Shown here: positions 39,575-49,063 of the stretch, piece by piece
How the letters are laid out: every line of letters begins with the position of its first letter
How positions within the stretch are numbered: position 1 is the first letter of the stretch
Origin: Alphaproteobacteria bacterium
Lineage (GTDB): Bacteria > Pseudomonadota > Alphaproteobacteria > SP197
Assembly (NCBI GenBank): GCA_964291265.2
Contig: OZ219747.1
Span: forward strand, 2,496,001 to 2,560,000
Direction of reading: 5' to 3'
DNA: 64,000 bases
The notes under the pieces: model-generated
What the model saw: only the letters and a program-made list of their open reading frames with translations
Databases searched by the model: none
What the model was told of the DNA's origin: nothing
Made by a program: the position numbers and the translations under genes

Positions 39575-40587
39575 AACTCGAACTCGCCCTGGTTCGGGTC
39601 CGCGTCGGCGACGCTCCGGCAGCCGGACAGCGCCGCGACGACCCGAGGGGCCTCGAGATCCGCCGCTGCGATGGCCCAGGGCGCCCCGGTGCAGACCTGC
39701 CGTGCGGGCAGGATGCCCGTCCGGATCAGCCGGCGCACGACCGAGGGATCGACGCCGAGCTGCGCCGAGGCCTCGCCGAGGGACAGTTCGCCGCGCTCCT
39801 GGCGTTCGCCCTCGCGGTATCCCGGAATGCCGCGACGGGAACGGAAGACGCGCACCCGAACCCGGTTCCAGCCGTTGCCCTTGGTCGTCTTGCGGCCCAT
39901 GAGGTTGAGAAGCCGGGCCATCTGCTCGTCGGGCAGCTGCCGGGCCAGTCCGGCGACCAGGTCCTCGACCTCCTTGTCGGACGTATAGCGATGCTCGCCG
40001 GTACGGAAGCGCTTCACCTCGATCTCGGTATGGTCGCCGCCGCGCCAGTGCAGAAGCAGGTGCACCGTGTCCTGTCGCATGCTGGCGGTGATCTCCACCA
40101 GGGCCGCGCGCAGGATGTTCTTGCGCAGCTGCGGCGTTGCGGCCTCATGGGACCATGCGCGCTCCAGGTCGGCCCCCAGAGCCAGAAAGGCGTCACGGTC
40201 TGCGCACCCCGCTTCTCGCGCCTCGCGGGTCGCCTCGAGCGCCCGAAGCTGCTCCTCGCGCTCGCAGACCTCGGCCAGGCAGGCCTCCCACCGCGCCGCC
40301 AGGTTGTGGAGAATGTTGTGGTTGCCGGGATCAACCGCGTCGAACTGTGCCTGCGCACGACCGGCCTTGTACCGGGCTTCCTCCAGCGCCGAGGCGGCGA
40401 GTCTGATCCGTGCCGACGTATCGTCGCCGCGCCGCTCGAACGCCTCCAGCGCGGCAGCCACGCCAAGGGGCTGCGCCGCAGCGAGAACGGCCGCGCTCAC
40501 GGCCCCGTCGACCCGTACGCCGCCGAAGCCAATGCAGGTGCTGCCCCCCGTGACGACGTCACCCGGACATTGGTAGCGGTGCGACGT
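39571..40587 (-). pseudogene. Large serine recombinase, C-terminal part
   Basis: SHRYQC...CIGFGGVRVD (Zn ribbon), coiled coil, QFDAVDPGN, LHWRGGDHTE, C-terminal HTH LPARQVCTGAPWAI. Confidence 0.9.
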
Positions 40588-41262
40588 TAAGCGTTTGCGC
40601 GATTTTTGACGTGGATTCCGTCGGTTTTGCTTGAATTGTCTGCTGGTCTGGGGTGATTGCCCCTCGACCGACTTGCAAGAAGTCGGCCGAGGGGCTTGTC
40701 TCCGTGACGGTGAGATCACCGGAGGCCAGTCAATGTCGCACGTTTCCTTCCCGGGTCCCATACTTTCCTGCGCTCATGTCTGGCCTCTCCTTGAGAGGAT
40801 TGATGCGGCCGAGGCGGAGCGCTGCCGCCTGGAGGGATTGTTGATGGCTGCATAGAACGGCGGGATTTCGGCGATTTGCCGCGCTTTGTCAGGGTCGTGT
40901 TTCTTCCCTGTTGTCAGGTCCTATTGTCACGTCCTGTTGTCGTGGTTTGAGTGTTCGGCTGGTTGTCTCCCCGAGCGCCGCCGTCTTTTCCTATTGTCGT
41001 TTTGGTCCGGTTCGGGTTCCGTCGACCTCTGCTTCGGTCTTGGTGACGGTTGCCGGGAGGGTTCCGGTTCCGAGGCACTCGCGGGATTGTTTGTCTTCCC
41101 TGTGGGCGGGTCGCGTTGTCCGGTCCCGGGGCGGCGTTTTTGCCGCCGCCCCGGGTGGATGCTAGATCGGCATCAAGAGAAAGAGCGATGCGATGCCGGG
41201 CGGAGTTGTGACGCCCCCCGGCGCAGCACCCGGACGAGCCGGTCACGGGGGACCGAACTCCC

Positions 41263-41793
41263 GTGTATTGTCGAGCCATTTTGCGTCCGGGTCCACCCCC
41301 GCTCTCGAGACGGATCGTGTGCACGACGGGACGACTGTTCAACTGCAAGCGGTGTCAGCGGCAGGTTGTTCTCTGCCGGTCGTGTGACCGGGGGCATGTG
41401 TATTGCTCCAAGGAGTGCAGGGAATCGTCCCGGATCGAGCGGCGCCGCGCGTCGCGTCGTCGCTACCAGAGCACGCTGAAGGGCCGTGAGACGGGCCGTC
41501 ACCGCCAGCGGCGTTATCGGCTCCGCAAGGCGGAGGAGGCGCGTGCGTTGAAGGCCAGGGCGGCGATGGTTGCCGAGATCATGGGCACGCAGACGTCTGC
41601 TGTGGTGCTGCTTGGCGACGTTCCGGCGGTGTCTGGAGACGCCGGTTCTGAAGAAATCGTTACGGACCACCCTTCCCGACTGCTGCCGACCTCCCTACCT
41701 GCGGTTGTGAAGGCGCGAGAGCGGCGCGAATCGCCGCTTCGGTGCGCCCGGTGCGGACGGGTCGTGACGCATGTGGTGCTGAGGGACCTGTGA
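41263..41793 (+). CDS. Cys-rich Zn-finger, Arg-rich accessory protein upstream of istA
   Basis: CKRC...CRSCDRGHVYCSKEC, basic helix, terminal CARCG; the true start may be ~50 nt downstream. Confidence 0.75.
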   Translation: MYCRAILRPGPPPLSRRIVCTTGRLFNCKRCQRQVVLCRSCDRGHVYCSKECRESSRIERRRASRRRYQSTLKGRETGRHRQRRYRLRKAEEARALKARAAMVAEIMGTQTSAVVLLGDVPAVSGDAGSEEIVTDHPSRLLPTSLPAVVKARERRESPLRCARCGRVVTHVVLRDL

Positions 41794-41825
41794 TGCGGCG
41801 TTGAGGAACCAAAGGGAGGGAGTTC

Positions 41826-43319
41826 ATGGCGATCGACGAGGACACGCGGGCGACGATCGTGCGGCTGTCGCGGGCCGAGGGCTGGGCTGTGGGGACGATT
41901 GCCCGGCATCTCGGCGTGCACCACGGCACGGTGACGCGGGCGCTCAAGGCGTCGGGGCAGGAGCGGCGGCCGCGGGCCAAGCTCATCGACCCCTTCGTTG
42001 CCTTCCTCGGGGAGCGTCTTGAGGCGTCGCCGGACCTTCCGGCCAGCACGCTCTGGCGACAGGTCGTGGCTCTGGGCTACCGCGGCGGCGAGGATCACTT
42101 CCGTCACGACCTGCGCCGCCTCGGGCTGAGGCCGGTGAAGAGGCCCGAGCCGTCGCTGCGGCTGAGCTTCCTTCCGGGCGAGCAGGCGCAGGTTGACTGG
42201 GCCGAGTTCGGGAAGGTCCGCATTGGCCGGGCGGAGCGCAGGCTCATGGGGCTTCTCGTCACCCTCAGCTACTCGCGCCAGACTGTCCTGAGCCTGTTCC
42301 ACGACGCGCGGATGGCCAGCTTCCTGCAAGGCCATGTCGAGGCTTTCGCGGCATTCGGGGGTGTGCCGCGGAGGCTTCTGTACGACAACCTGAAGAGTGC
42401 CGTGGTGACGCGCCGCGGCAAGGCGGTCACCTATCATCCGATGCTGCTCGGCCTCGCGGCCCACTATGCCTTCGAACCGAGCGCCGCCTGGCCCAGGAGC
42501 CCGCAGGAGAAGGGCCGCGTGGAACGCCGTGTGCGCTTCGCGCGCACCGGGTTCTTCGCCGGGCGCGACATCACGGTCCCGCTCGGCGAGCTCAACGCCG
42601 CAGTTCGGGAGTGGTGCTTCGGCGCCGCCGCGGAGCGGCCCTGGCCGGACGACGACAGTCTCCTGGTGCGGGACGCCTTCGCCCGGGAGAGGGAGCACCT
42701 GATCGTCCTTCCCGCCGATCCCTTCCCGCATCACGAGGTCCGCCCGGTGCGCATCGACAAGACCTGCCACGCCCGCTTCGACACCAACGACTACAGCGTT
42801 CCGGGTAGCTTCTCCAAGGCCCTGCTGACGCTGGTCGCCGACCGCGACGAGGTTCGCATCCTCGACGGCGCCGACGAGGTCGCGCGCCACCGACGCTCCT
42901 ACGACAGGAAGCAGGCCGTCACCGATCCGGAGCATGCCAGGGCGATCGCCGCGGGCAAGCGGCGGGCCCGCTCCATGAGCGTCCGCGACCGGGTCCTGCG
43001 CACCGTGCCGCGGGCCGAGGAGATGCTGGCGCGCGCCGGGACCAACGGGCGCAACGTGGCCTCCTGCGCCCGGATGCTGGAGACGCTTCTCAACGCGCAC
43101 GGCGCCGACGCTCTCGACCGGGCTGTCGCCACGGCGCTGGAGCGCGGCTCGTGCCACCCCGAAACCGTGCGCGTCATCATCGAGGAGCGCCGCCGGGAGC
43201 AGGGCCTGCCGCCCCTCAGCATCGCCGACGACGGCCGCGGCGGCCGTGGCACGACGCCGCGGGGGACCGCTCTCGACGCCTACGACAGGCCCGAAGCCAG
43301 CGCCAGGAACAAGACATGA
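41826..43319 (+). CDS. istA: IS21 transposase IstA
   Basis: PGEQAQVDWAEFG, TLSYSR, FGGVPRRLLYDNLKSAV, PQEKGRVER, FDTNDYSVP. Confidence 0.95.
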   Translation: MAIDEDTRATIVRLSRAEGWAVGTIARHLGVHHGTVTRALKASGQERRPRAKLIDPFVAFLGERLEASPDLPASTLWRQVVALGYRGGEDHFRHDLRRLGLRPVKRPEPSLRLSFLPGEQAQVDWAEFGKVRIGRAERRLMGLLVTLSYSRQTVLSLFHDARMASFLQGHVEAFAAFGGVPRRLLYDNLKSAVVTRRGKAVTYHPMLLGLAAHYAFEPSAAWPRSPQEKGRVERRVRFARTGFFAGRDITVPLGELNAAVREWCFGAAAERPWPDDDSLLVRDAFAREREHLIVLPADPFPHHEVRPVRIDKTCHARFDTNDYSVPGSFSKALLTLVADRDEVRILDGADEVARHRRSYDRKQAVTDPEHARAIAAGKRRARSMSVRDRVLRTVPRAEEMLARAGTNGRNVASCARMLETLLNAHGADALDRAVATALERGSCHPETVRVIIEERRREQGLPPLSIADDGRGGRGTTPRGTALDAYDRPEASARNKT

Positions 43320-44017
43320 GCGAGCTCAGGGAGCGTGCCCGGGCGCTCGGCCTCCACGGGCTCGTCGAACGCTGGGACGAGGTCGCCGGGACCGCATGGA
43401 TCGAGGAGGTGGTCAGCGGCGAGGAACAGGCCCGCAGGGCCCGCAGCCACGAGCGCCGCCGCGCCGCGGCGCGGCTGCCCGCCTTCAAGCCCCTGGCGGA
43501 CTTCGACTGGACATGGCCGCGCGACATCAGCCGGGCTCATGTCGAAGCGCTCCTCGGCCTCGGCTTCGTCGACCGTGCGGACAACGCCGTGCTCGTCGGC
43601 GGGCAGGGCACCGGAAAGACCATGATCGCCGCCAACGTGGCTCACCAGGCCCTGCTGCACGGCCACACCGTCCGCTTCGAGAAGGCGCCGGAACTGCTCG
43701 AGGCACTCGCCGAGACCGTCTCGCGCAGCGAGCTGCGCCGCCGCCTCGCGATCCTCGCCAGGCCCCGCCTGCTCGTCCTCGACGAAATCGGCTACGTGAC
43801 CCTCGAAAGCCACCATGCCGACATCCTCTACGCCATCGTCTCGCGGCGCTATCAGCGCCGCTCGACCATGGTCACGACAAGCCTCGCCTTCGCCCAGTGG
43901 GACCGCGTCTTCCCCAGCGCCTCCGGCATCGCCGGCACCGTCGACCGGCTCATGCACGACGCAACCCTCATCTCCATCGACAGCGACTCCTGGCGGCTCA
44001 GGCGTGAAACCCGATAA
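43316..44017 (+). CDS. istB: IS21 helper ATPase IstB
   Basis: LADFDW.WP, GGQGTGKT, LLVLDEIGY, RRYQRRST, VDRLMH; ATGA overlap with istA. Confidence 0.94.
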   Translation: MSELRERARALGLHGLVERWDEVAGTAWIEEVVSGEEQARRARSHERRRAAARLPAFKPLADFDWTWPRDISRAHVEALLGLGFVDRADNAVLVGGQGTGKTMIAANVAHQALLHGHTVRFEKAPELLEALAETVSRSELRRRLAILARPRLLVLDEIGYVTLESHHADILYAIVSRRYQRRSTMVTTSLAFAQWDRVFPSASGIAGTVDRLMHDATLISIDSDSWRLRRETR

Positions 44018-44897
44018 ACCCCGCCGCGTCGACTTCGACGCCGTCAAGCGCATGCCGTTCGAACGCATCGCCGCCGACTGGGGATACGTCCGCGACGAAC
44101 AGGCCTCGACACGCGCCAACCCCGTCCTGTGCGCACCCGGCCTGCCGAAGCTCGTCACGAAGTGCCTCAACAACGGACACTGGGTCTACTTCAACACCCA
44201 GAACGATGAAGACAACGGAACCGTCATCGACTTCATGCTCAACCGCGGACTGGCCTTCGCCGACATCTGCACCCGCTTCGCAGCACCCGACGCCGCGCCA
44301 CGCGACTTCCGCAGCCTCTGGGCCGCGGCAACGCCCGATGCGGCCCCGGACTGGCTCACCGGGCGCGGCATCCTCCCGGAGACCCTCGACACCTGCCGCC
44401 CCCTGGTCCGCCGCGACCACAACGGACGCGTCCTCTTCGCCCATCGCAACAGGAAGCGAAAGCTCACCGGCTTCGAGATCGGTCCCCCCGACGGACCGAA
44501 ACGCTTCGCCACCGGTGGAACCCGAAGCCTGTTCGCCGTCCGCGCCGGAACCGCCGCGGACCTCGAGGCCCTCGTCATCACCGAAAGCGCCGTCGACGCC
44601 CTCAGCCTGGCCCAGATCGACCAATGTCCCCCCAGCCACGCCTTCCTCTCCACCGCCGGGGCACCCTCGCGAAGACAGCACGAACAGATCAGCCTCGCCG
44701 CAAGCAGCCTGCCCAACGTCAGGACCATCGTCCTCGCCCAGGACCACGACGAGGCCGGAGAGCGACAGGCCGAAACCCTGCGCAAAAAGATGAAGCTCCC
44801 CTCCCACGTCTCGTTCCACAGACGCAGACCGCCGGAAAACGCCGACTGGAACGACGTCGTCAACGCCAGGACCAAAGAACCACAAGCGAGATCATGA
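44004..44897 (+). CDS. DUF3991/Toprim primase-like protein
   Basis: HWVYFN...DNGTVIDF N-terminal domain; Toprim motifs ITESAVDALS, FLSTAG, LAQDHDEAG, ADWND; GTG start overlaps istB. Confidence 0.85.
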   Translation: MKPDKPRRVDFDAVKRMPFERIAADWGYVRDEQASTRANPVLCAPGLPKLVTKCLNNGHWVYFNTQNDEDNGTVIDFMLNRGLAFADICTRFAAPDAAPRDFRSLWAAATPDAAPDWLTGRGILPETLDTCRPLVRRDHNGRVLFAHRNRKRKLTGFEIGPPDGPKRFATGGTRSLFAVRAGTAADLEALVITESAVDALSLAQIDQCPPSHAFLSTAGAPSRRQHEQISLAASSLPNVRTIVLAQDHDEAGERQAETLRKKMKLPSHVSFHRRRPPENADWNDVVNARTKEPQARS

Positions 44898-44923
44898 CCA
44901 CGTCCGTCACAAGGAGACCACTC

Positions 44924-45214
44924 ATGCCCCTCACGCCCGCCGAAAAGCAGCGGTGATACCGGGAACGGCGCAAGGCCGGCATCCCTCCCGTCCACACCCC
45001 AAAGCACCGTGACCGGCGCTCGCGACCGCAACGCTGGAACGACGCCGTGGCCGAACTGCGCTCCCTGCAGGACGAATGGCGTGACCACCTCGACAGCATC
45101 CCCGAAAGCCTCCGTGACACGCCTTACGGAGAACGCCTGCAGAGCGTCGCCGATGCCGACATCGAGGCCCTCGAGGACATCGAACCGCCACGCGGCTACG
45201 GAAGGGATACGTGA
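44924..45214 (+). pseudogene. Small basic protein MPLTPAEKQR*YRERRK...RSRPQRWNDAVAEL...IEPPRGYGRDT with a premature TGA
   Basis: AGGAG RBS; single in-frame TGA at 44954; homologous to 39263-39574. Confidence 0.75.
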
Positions 45215-45808
45215 TCCCGCAAGACCCTTGAACGCGGTCACGCGTTACCATCCAGGAATGAGAACGTCTCACCCCGACGCGCCGCTCAGCCTCCCCGGGA
45301 AACACCCGGGCCGTCCAAACGACACCGCATCACGAGACTGCCGCAGCCTCTGAGCCGCAGCGACGCCCGATCCGCCGCCGGGCTGGCTCACAGGTCGCAG
45401 CATCCGCCCGAAAACACTCGACGCCTGCCGCACCCTGCAGGACGAATGGCGTGACCGCCTCGACAGCATCCCCGAAACCCTCCGTGACACGCCTTACGGA
45501 GAACGCCTGCAGAGCGTCGCCGATGCCGACATCGAGGCTCTCGAGGACATCGAACCGCCACGCGGCTACGGAAGGGACACGTAATCTCGCAAGACCCTTG
45601 AACGCGGTCACGCGTTACCATCCAGGAATGAGAACGTCTCACCCCGACGCGCCGCTCAGCCTCCCCGGGAAACCCCCGGGCCGTCCAAACGACACCACAT
45701 CACGAGACTGCCGCAGCCGCTGAGCCGCAGCAACGCCCGATCCGCCGCCGGACTGGCTCACAGGTCGCAGCATCCGCCCGAAAACACTCGACGCCTGCCG
45801 CACCCTGC
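45063..45808 (+). repeat. 370-bp tandem duplication, followed by a decayed primase copy to ~46030
   Basis: 45063-45432 ~ 45433-45802; the second half of each unit resembles 44300-44405; 45700-46030 resembles parts of 44300-44870. Confidence 0.9.
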
Positions 45809-46718
45809 GCCGCCGCAACCGCAACGCACGCAGCCTCTTCGCCCAGCGCAACAGAAACCGTCAGCTCTCCAGCCTCGAGATCGTCCCGCCCGACGAACCA
45901 CGACGAGGACGGAGAACGCCAGAACGAAACCACGCGCAAAAGCCTGAAGCTCCCCTCCCACATCACGTTCCACAAACGCCGAACGCCAGAAAACGCCGAC
46001 CGGAACGACATCGTCAACGTCAATGCAAGACCAATGGGATCCAACAATAGGCAGAAAACAAAGACCGGGCGGACCTTCGTCCAATGCCGCACGTTCTCCT
46101 GTCGTGGTCACCCACTCACACGATCAGCGCCCAAAAGAGCGGTTCTCCGCCAATATCCCGCCGTTCTAAATCGCCGCCGACAGGGATGCCCGCATTGCGG
46201 CGGTCGTCTTCACAGCGCGCGGTATCCGCGCAAGCCGCACGCGCTTGCGCCTGCTCTTCGCGGCGACAACCGCCGTTTCAGCTTCTGCTGTGCTGAGTGC
46301 AGGAGCCGGACGACTCCGCCCTCGGTGCGCTTCTTCGGCCGGAGGTTCCGTGCGGCGCCGGTATACCTGGCTGCGAGCCTCCTGGTTCTGTGCGGCAGTG
46401 TTCCCCTGGCGAAGGCGAGCCGCATGTCTGGCATCCCGGAGAGGACGCTTGGCCGGTGGCGTCGATGGTGGCGGGAGAGGTTCCCGGCGACGGCGGCGTG
46501 GCGCTGGAAGCGTGGCGATCTGGCGGTGGAGGCGGACGAGCCTCCGCTTGTGGCCCTGGTGCGCTTGATGCGCGGCGGATCGTTTCGATCGCGCCTTCTG
46601 CGGAGCCTGGTCTGGCTCATGCCGTGGACCGGCTTCTGCAGGATCGTCGATGGTCTGTCGCCGCCCGCAGAGAGTGCCTGTAGTGCGATGACATAGGACC
46701 GTATAGGGCCTTCCTCCC

Positions 46719-48236
46719 ATGGGACGACGAGGGAGGAAGGCCGTCGTGGTGACGAAGGACGAAGCGGACGCCGGGGACGCCTGGACGCGGCTGCGCTTTG
46801 CGGTGGTTGGCCCGCTGCTGGCGTCGCCGCCGCCGAAGGGGGGTCTGCGGGCCGAGCTTCAACGGCTGTCGCGGCGGGACTGGGAGCATCCCGTCAGGGG
46901 CGGCACGATCCGCTTCTCGGTGTCGACGATCGAGCGCTGGTACTACAAGGCGCGGTCGGCCGACCGGGATCCGGTGCGGGCGCTGCGCCGTCGGGTGCGC
47001 TGCGACGCCGGTCGTGCGCGGAGCGTCTCGCCCCTGCTGATGGCGGCCTTGCGCGACCAGTACAGGGCGCACCCCACGTGGTCGGTTCAGCTCCACCACG
47101 ACAACCTTTGCGCGCTGGTCGAGGCCGACCCTTCGCTCGGGCCGATGCCGTCCTATGCGACGCTGACCCGGGTCATGCGTTCGGCGGGCCTGGAGCGGCG
47201 GCGGCGGCAGCGGAAGTTCGGTGGTGAAGCGGAGCGGCCTGCGGTCGAGGGGCGCGAGGTGCTGAGCTACGAGGTCTCGCGCAGCCATGCCCTGTGGCAC
47301 GCCGACTTCCACCATGCGCGGACCTGTCGCGTGCTGACGCCGTCCGGGGAGTGGAGGACGCCGATCCTGCTCAGCTTCATCGACGACCACTCGCGTCTCG
47401 TCTGCCACATGCAGTGGTATCTCGGGGAGACCACGGAGATCTTCGTTCACGGCATCAGCCAGGCCTTCATGAAGCGAGGGCTGCCGCGGTCCCTTCTGAC
47501 CGACAACGGATCGGCGATGACGGCCGGGGAGGTGCAGGAGGGACTGCACGCCCTCGGCGTGCTGCACCACCACACGCTTGTCCGCAGCCCGTACCAGAAC
47601 GGCAAGCAGGAGGTGCTGTTCGCCCAGGTCGAGGGCCGCCTGATGGCGATGCTCGAGAACGTCGAGACCCTGACCCTGCAGGACCTGAACGACGCCACCG
47701 TCATCTGGGTCGAGCGCGAGTATCACCGCCGCGTACACCGCGAGACGGGGGTCACGCCGCTCAGGCGCGTGATCGACAGCGAGGACGCCTCGCGGACATG
47801 CCCGGACAGCAGCGAACTCCGGGCCGCCTTCCGCATCAAGGTGCGTCGCAAGGTGCGACGCTCCGACGCCACGGTGACGGTGGCGAGTGTCCGCTATCAA
47901 CTGCCGGCGCCGTGGCGCCACCTGCGCGAGATCGACCTGCGCGTCGCCCGCTGGGACCTCTCCGGCATCGACATGGTCGACGGCCGCACCGGGGACCGCA
48001 TCTCGACCCTGCGTCCGGTGGACAAGTCTCGCAACGCCGAGGGGCTCCGCCGCCGGACCGGGCGCCGGAGAGAAGACGACGAGGTGAAGCCACAGACCGG
48101 GCCGGCGCCGCTGCTCAAGCGCCTGCGCGACGAGCAGGACGCCACCGGCCTGCCCCCGGCATGGTTGCCCTTCGGCAAGGATGCCGGCCCGAACGACGAA
48201 GGCAAGGACAACAACGATCAGGGAGACATGTCATGA
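46719..48236 (+). CDS. Mu/TnsB/IS481-like DDE (rve) transposase
   Basis: LWHADFHH, FIDDHSR, RGLPRSLLTDNGSAM, PYQNGKQE, YHRRVHRETGVTP, RKVRRSDATV; start may be GTG ~46746-46749. Confidence 0.92.
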   Translation: MGRRGRKAVVVTKDEADAGDAWTRLRFAVVGPLLASPPPKGGLRAELQRLSRRDWEHPVRGGTIRFSVSTIERWYYKARSADRDPVRALRRRVRCDAGRARSVSPLLMAALRDQYRAHPTWSVQLHHDNLCALVEADPSLGPMPSYATLTRVMRSAGLERRRRQRKFGGEAERPAVEGREVLSYEVSRSHALWHADFHHARTCRVLTPSGEWRTPILLSFIDDHSRLVCHMQWYLGETTEIFVHGISQAFMKRGLPRSLLTDNGSAMTAGEVQEGLHALGVLHHHTLVRSPYQNGKQEVLFAQVEGRLMAMLENVETLTLQDLNDATVIWVEREYHRRVHRETGVTPLRRVIDSEDASRTCPDSSELRAAFRIKVRRKVRRSDATVTVASVRYQLPAPWRHLREIDLRVARWDLSGIDMVDGRTGDRISTLRPVDKSRNAEGLRRRTGRRREDDEVKPQTGPAPLLKRLRDEQDATGLPPAWLPFGKDAGPNDEGKDNNDQGDMS

Positions 48237-49063
48237 ACCGCCAACACCTCACCCATTACGGCCTCAAGTGGAACCCCTTCGCCGCCGACCTGCCGGTCGA
48301 GGGCCTTCTCGCAACGCCCGCGATCGACAGCTTCTGCCGCAGGATCGAGCGTCAGCTCGTGCGCCAGGGCGGCTTCGCCGTGGTGGCCGGCGAGCATGGC
48401 ACCGGCAAGAGCGTCGCCCTGCGCCTGCTCGACGAGCGTCTCGAGACCGCGGAGGGCCTCGACGTCGCCGTGCTCGCCCATCCCTCGTCGAGCACCGCAG
48501 ACTTCTACCGCGAGATGACCGACCTCTTCGGCATCACGACACTGCGCCGGAACCTCTGGGCCGGCTTCAAGGCCCTGCGCGAGTGCTGGCTCACCCATCT
48601 CGAGGACACCCGCATGCGCCCGGTCCTGCTCGTCGACGAGGCCCAGGAGATGCCGCAGGCCGTGCTCACCGAACTGCGCCTGCTCGCCTCCACGGAGTTC
48701 GACTCGCGCGCCATCCTCAGCGTCGTCCTGGCCGGCGACAGCCGCCTGCTCGCCAAGCTGCACAGCCCCGACCTGCAAGCCGTCGCCTCGCGGGTCCGTC
48801 AACGCCTCGTCATGACGCGCTGCGAACCCGACGAACTGCTCCGCCTGCTCGACCACCTGCTCGACGCCGCCGGCAATCCAGGCCTCATGACCCCCGGCCT
48901 CAAGGAGACCCTCGTCGTCCATGCAGACGGCAATCCGCGCTCCCTGACCATCCTCGCCGACAACCTCCTCGCTGTCGCCCTCGACACCGACCGCGAGGTG
49001 CTCGACGAAAAGCTCTTCCTCGAAACCTGGGGCGAACCCATCCCGCCGAGGCGCACACGATGA
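48233..49063 (+). CDS. ExeA/TnsC/MuB-like AAA+ ATPase
   Basis: YGLKWNPF, GEHGTGKS, LLVDEAQEM, VLAGD, SRVRQRL, GNPRSL; ATGA-coupled to the transposase. Confidence 0.92.
   Translation: MNRQHLTHYGLKWNPFAADLPVEGLLATPAIDSFCRRIERQLVRQGGFAVVAGEHGTGKSVALRLLDERLETAEGLDVAVLAHPSSSTADFYREMTDLFGITTLRRNLWAGFKALRECWLTHLEDTRMRPVLLVDEAQEMPQAVLTELRLLASTEFDSRAILSVVLAGDSRLLAKLHSPDLQAVASRVRQRLVMTRCEPDELLRLLDHLLDAAGNPGLMTPGLKETLVVHADGNPRSLTILADNLLAVALDTDREVLDEKLFLETWGEPIPPRRTR

Larger units (their letters stand above)
40839..46182 (+). mobile_element. IS21-family element with primase cargo (5344 bp)
   Basis: TIRs TGTTGATGGCTGCATAGAACGGCGGGATTTCGGCG / TGTCGGCGGCGATTTAGAACGGCGGGATATTGGCG; 5-bp TSD GGGAT at 40834-40838 and 46183-46187; subterminal TGTCA.GTC repeats at 40887-40945. 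Confidence 0.94.
40733..46696 (+). pseudogene. Zn-finger/HTH accessory gene of the outer transposon, split by IS21 (40733-40838 + 46188-46696; 204 aa rejoined)
   Basis: GGAGG RBS at 40721; rejoined sequence ...LERIDAAEAERCRLEGCPHCGGRLHSARYPRKP...FSFCCAECRSRTTPPSVRF...RTLGRWRRWW. Confidence 0.85.

Noticed and set aside
38347-44956. In-frame TGA codons (38347, 44954) as recoding or selenocysteine
   Set aside because: Both fit CGA>TGA transitions in decaying genes, and TGA is the normal stop in intact genes here.
46030-46050. GGATCCAACA as the IS21 right end
   Set aside because: No TSD; the end at 46182 gives a long TIR match, a 5-bp TSD and restores the interrupted gene.
46719-49063. CAST/Tn7 assignment for the transposase-ATPase pair
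   Set aside because: No recognisable TniQ/TnsD, TnsA, Cas protein or array inside the TSD-bounded unit.
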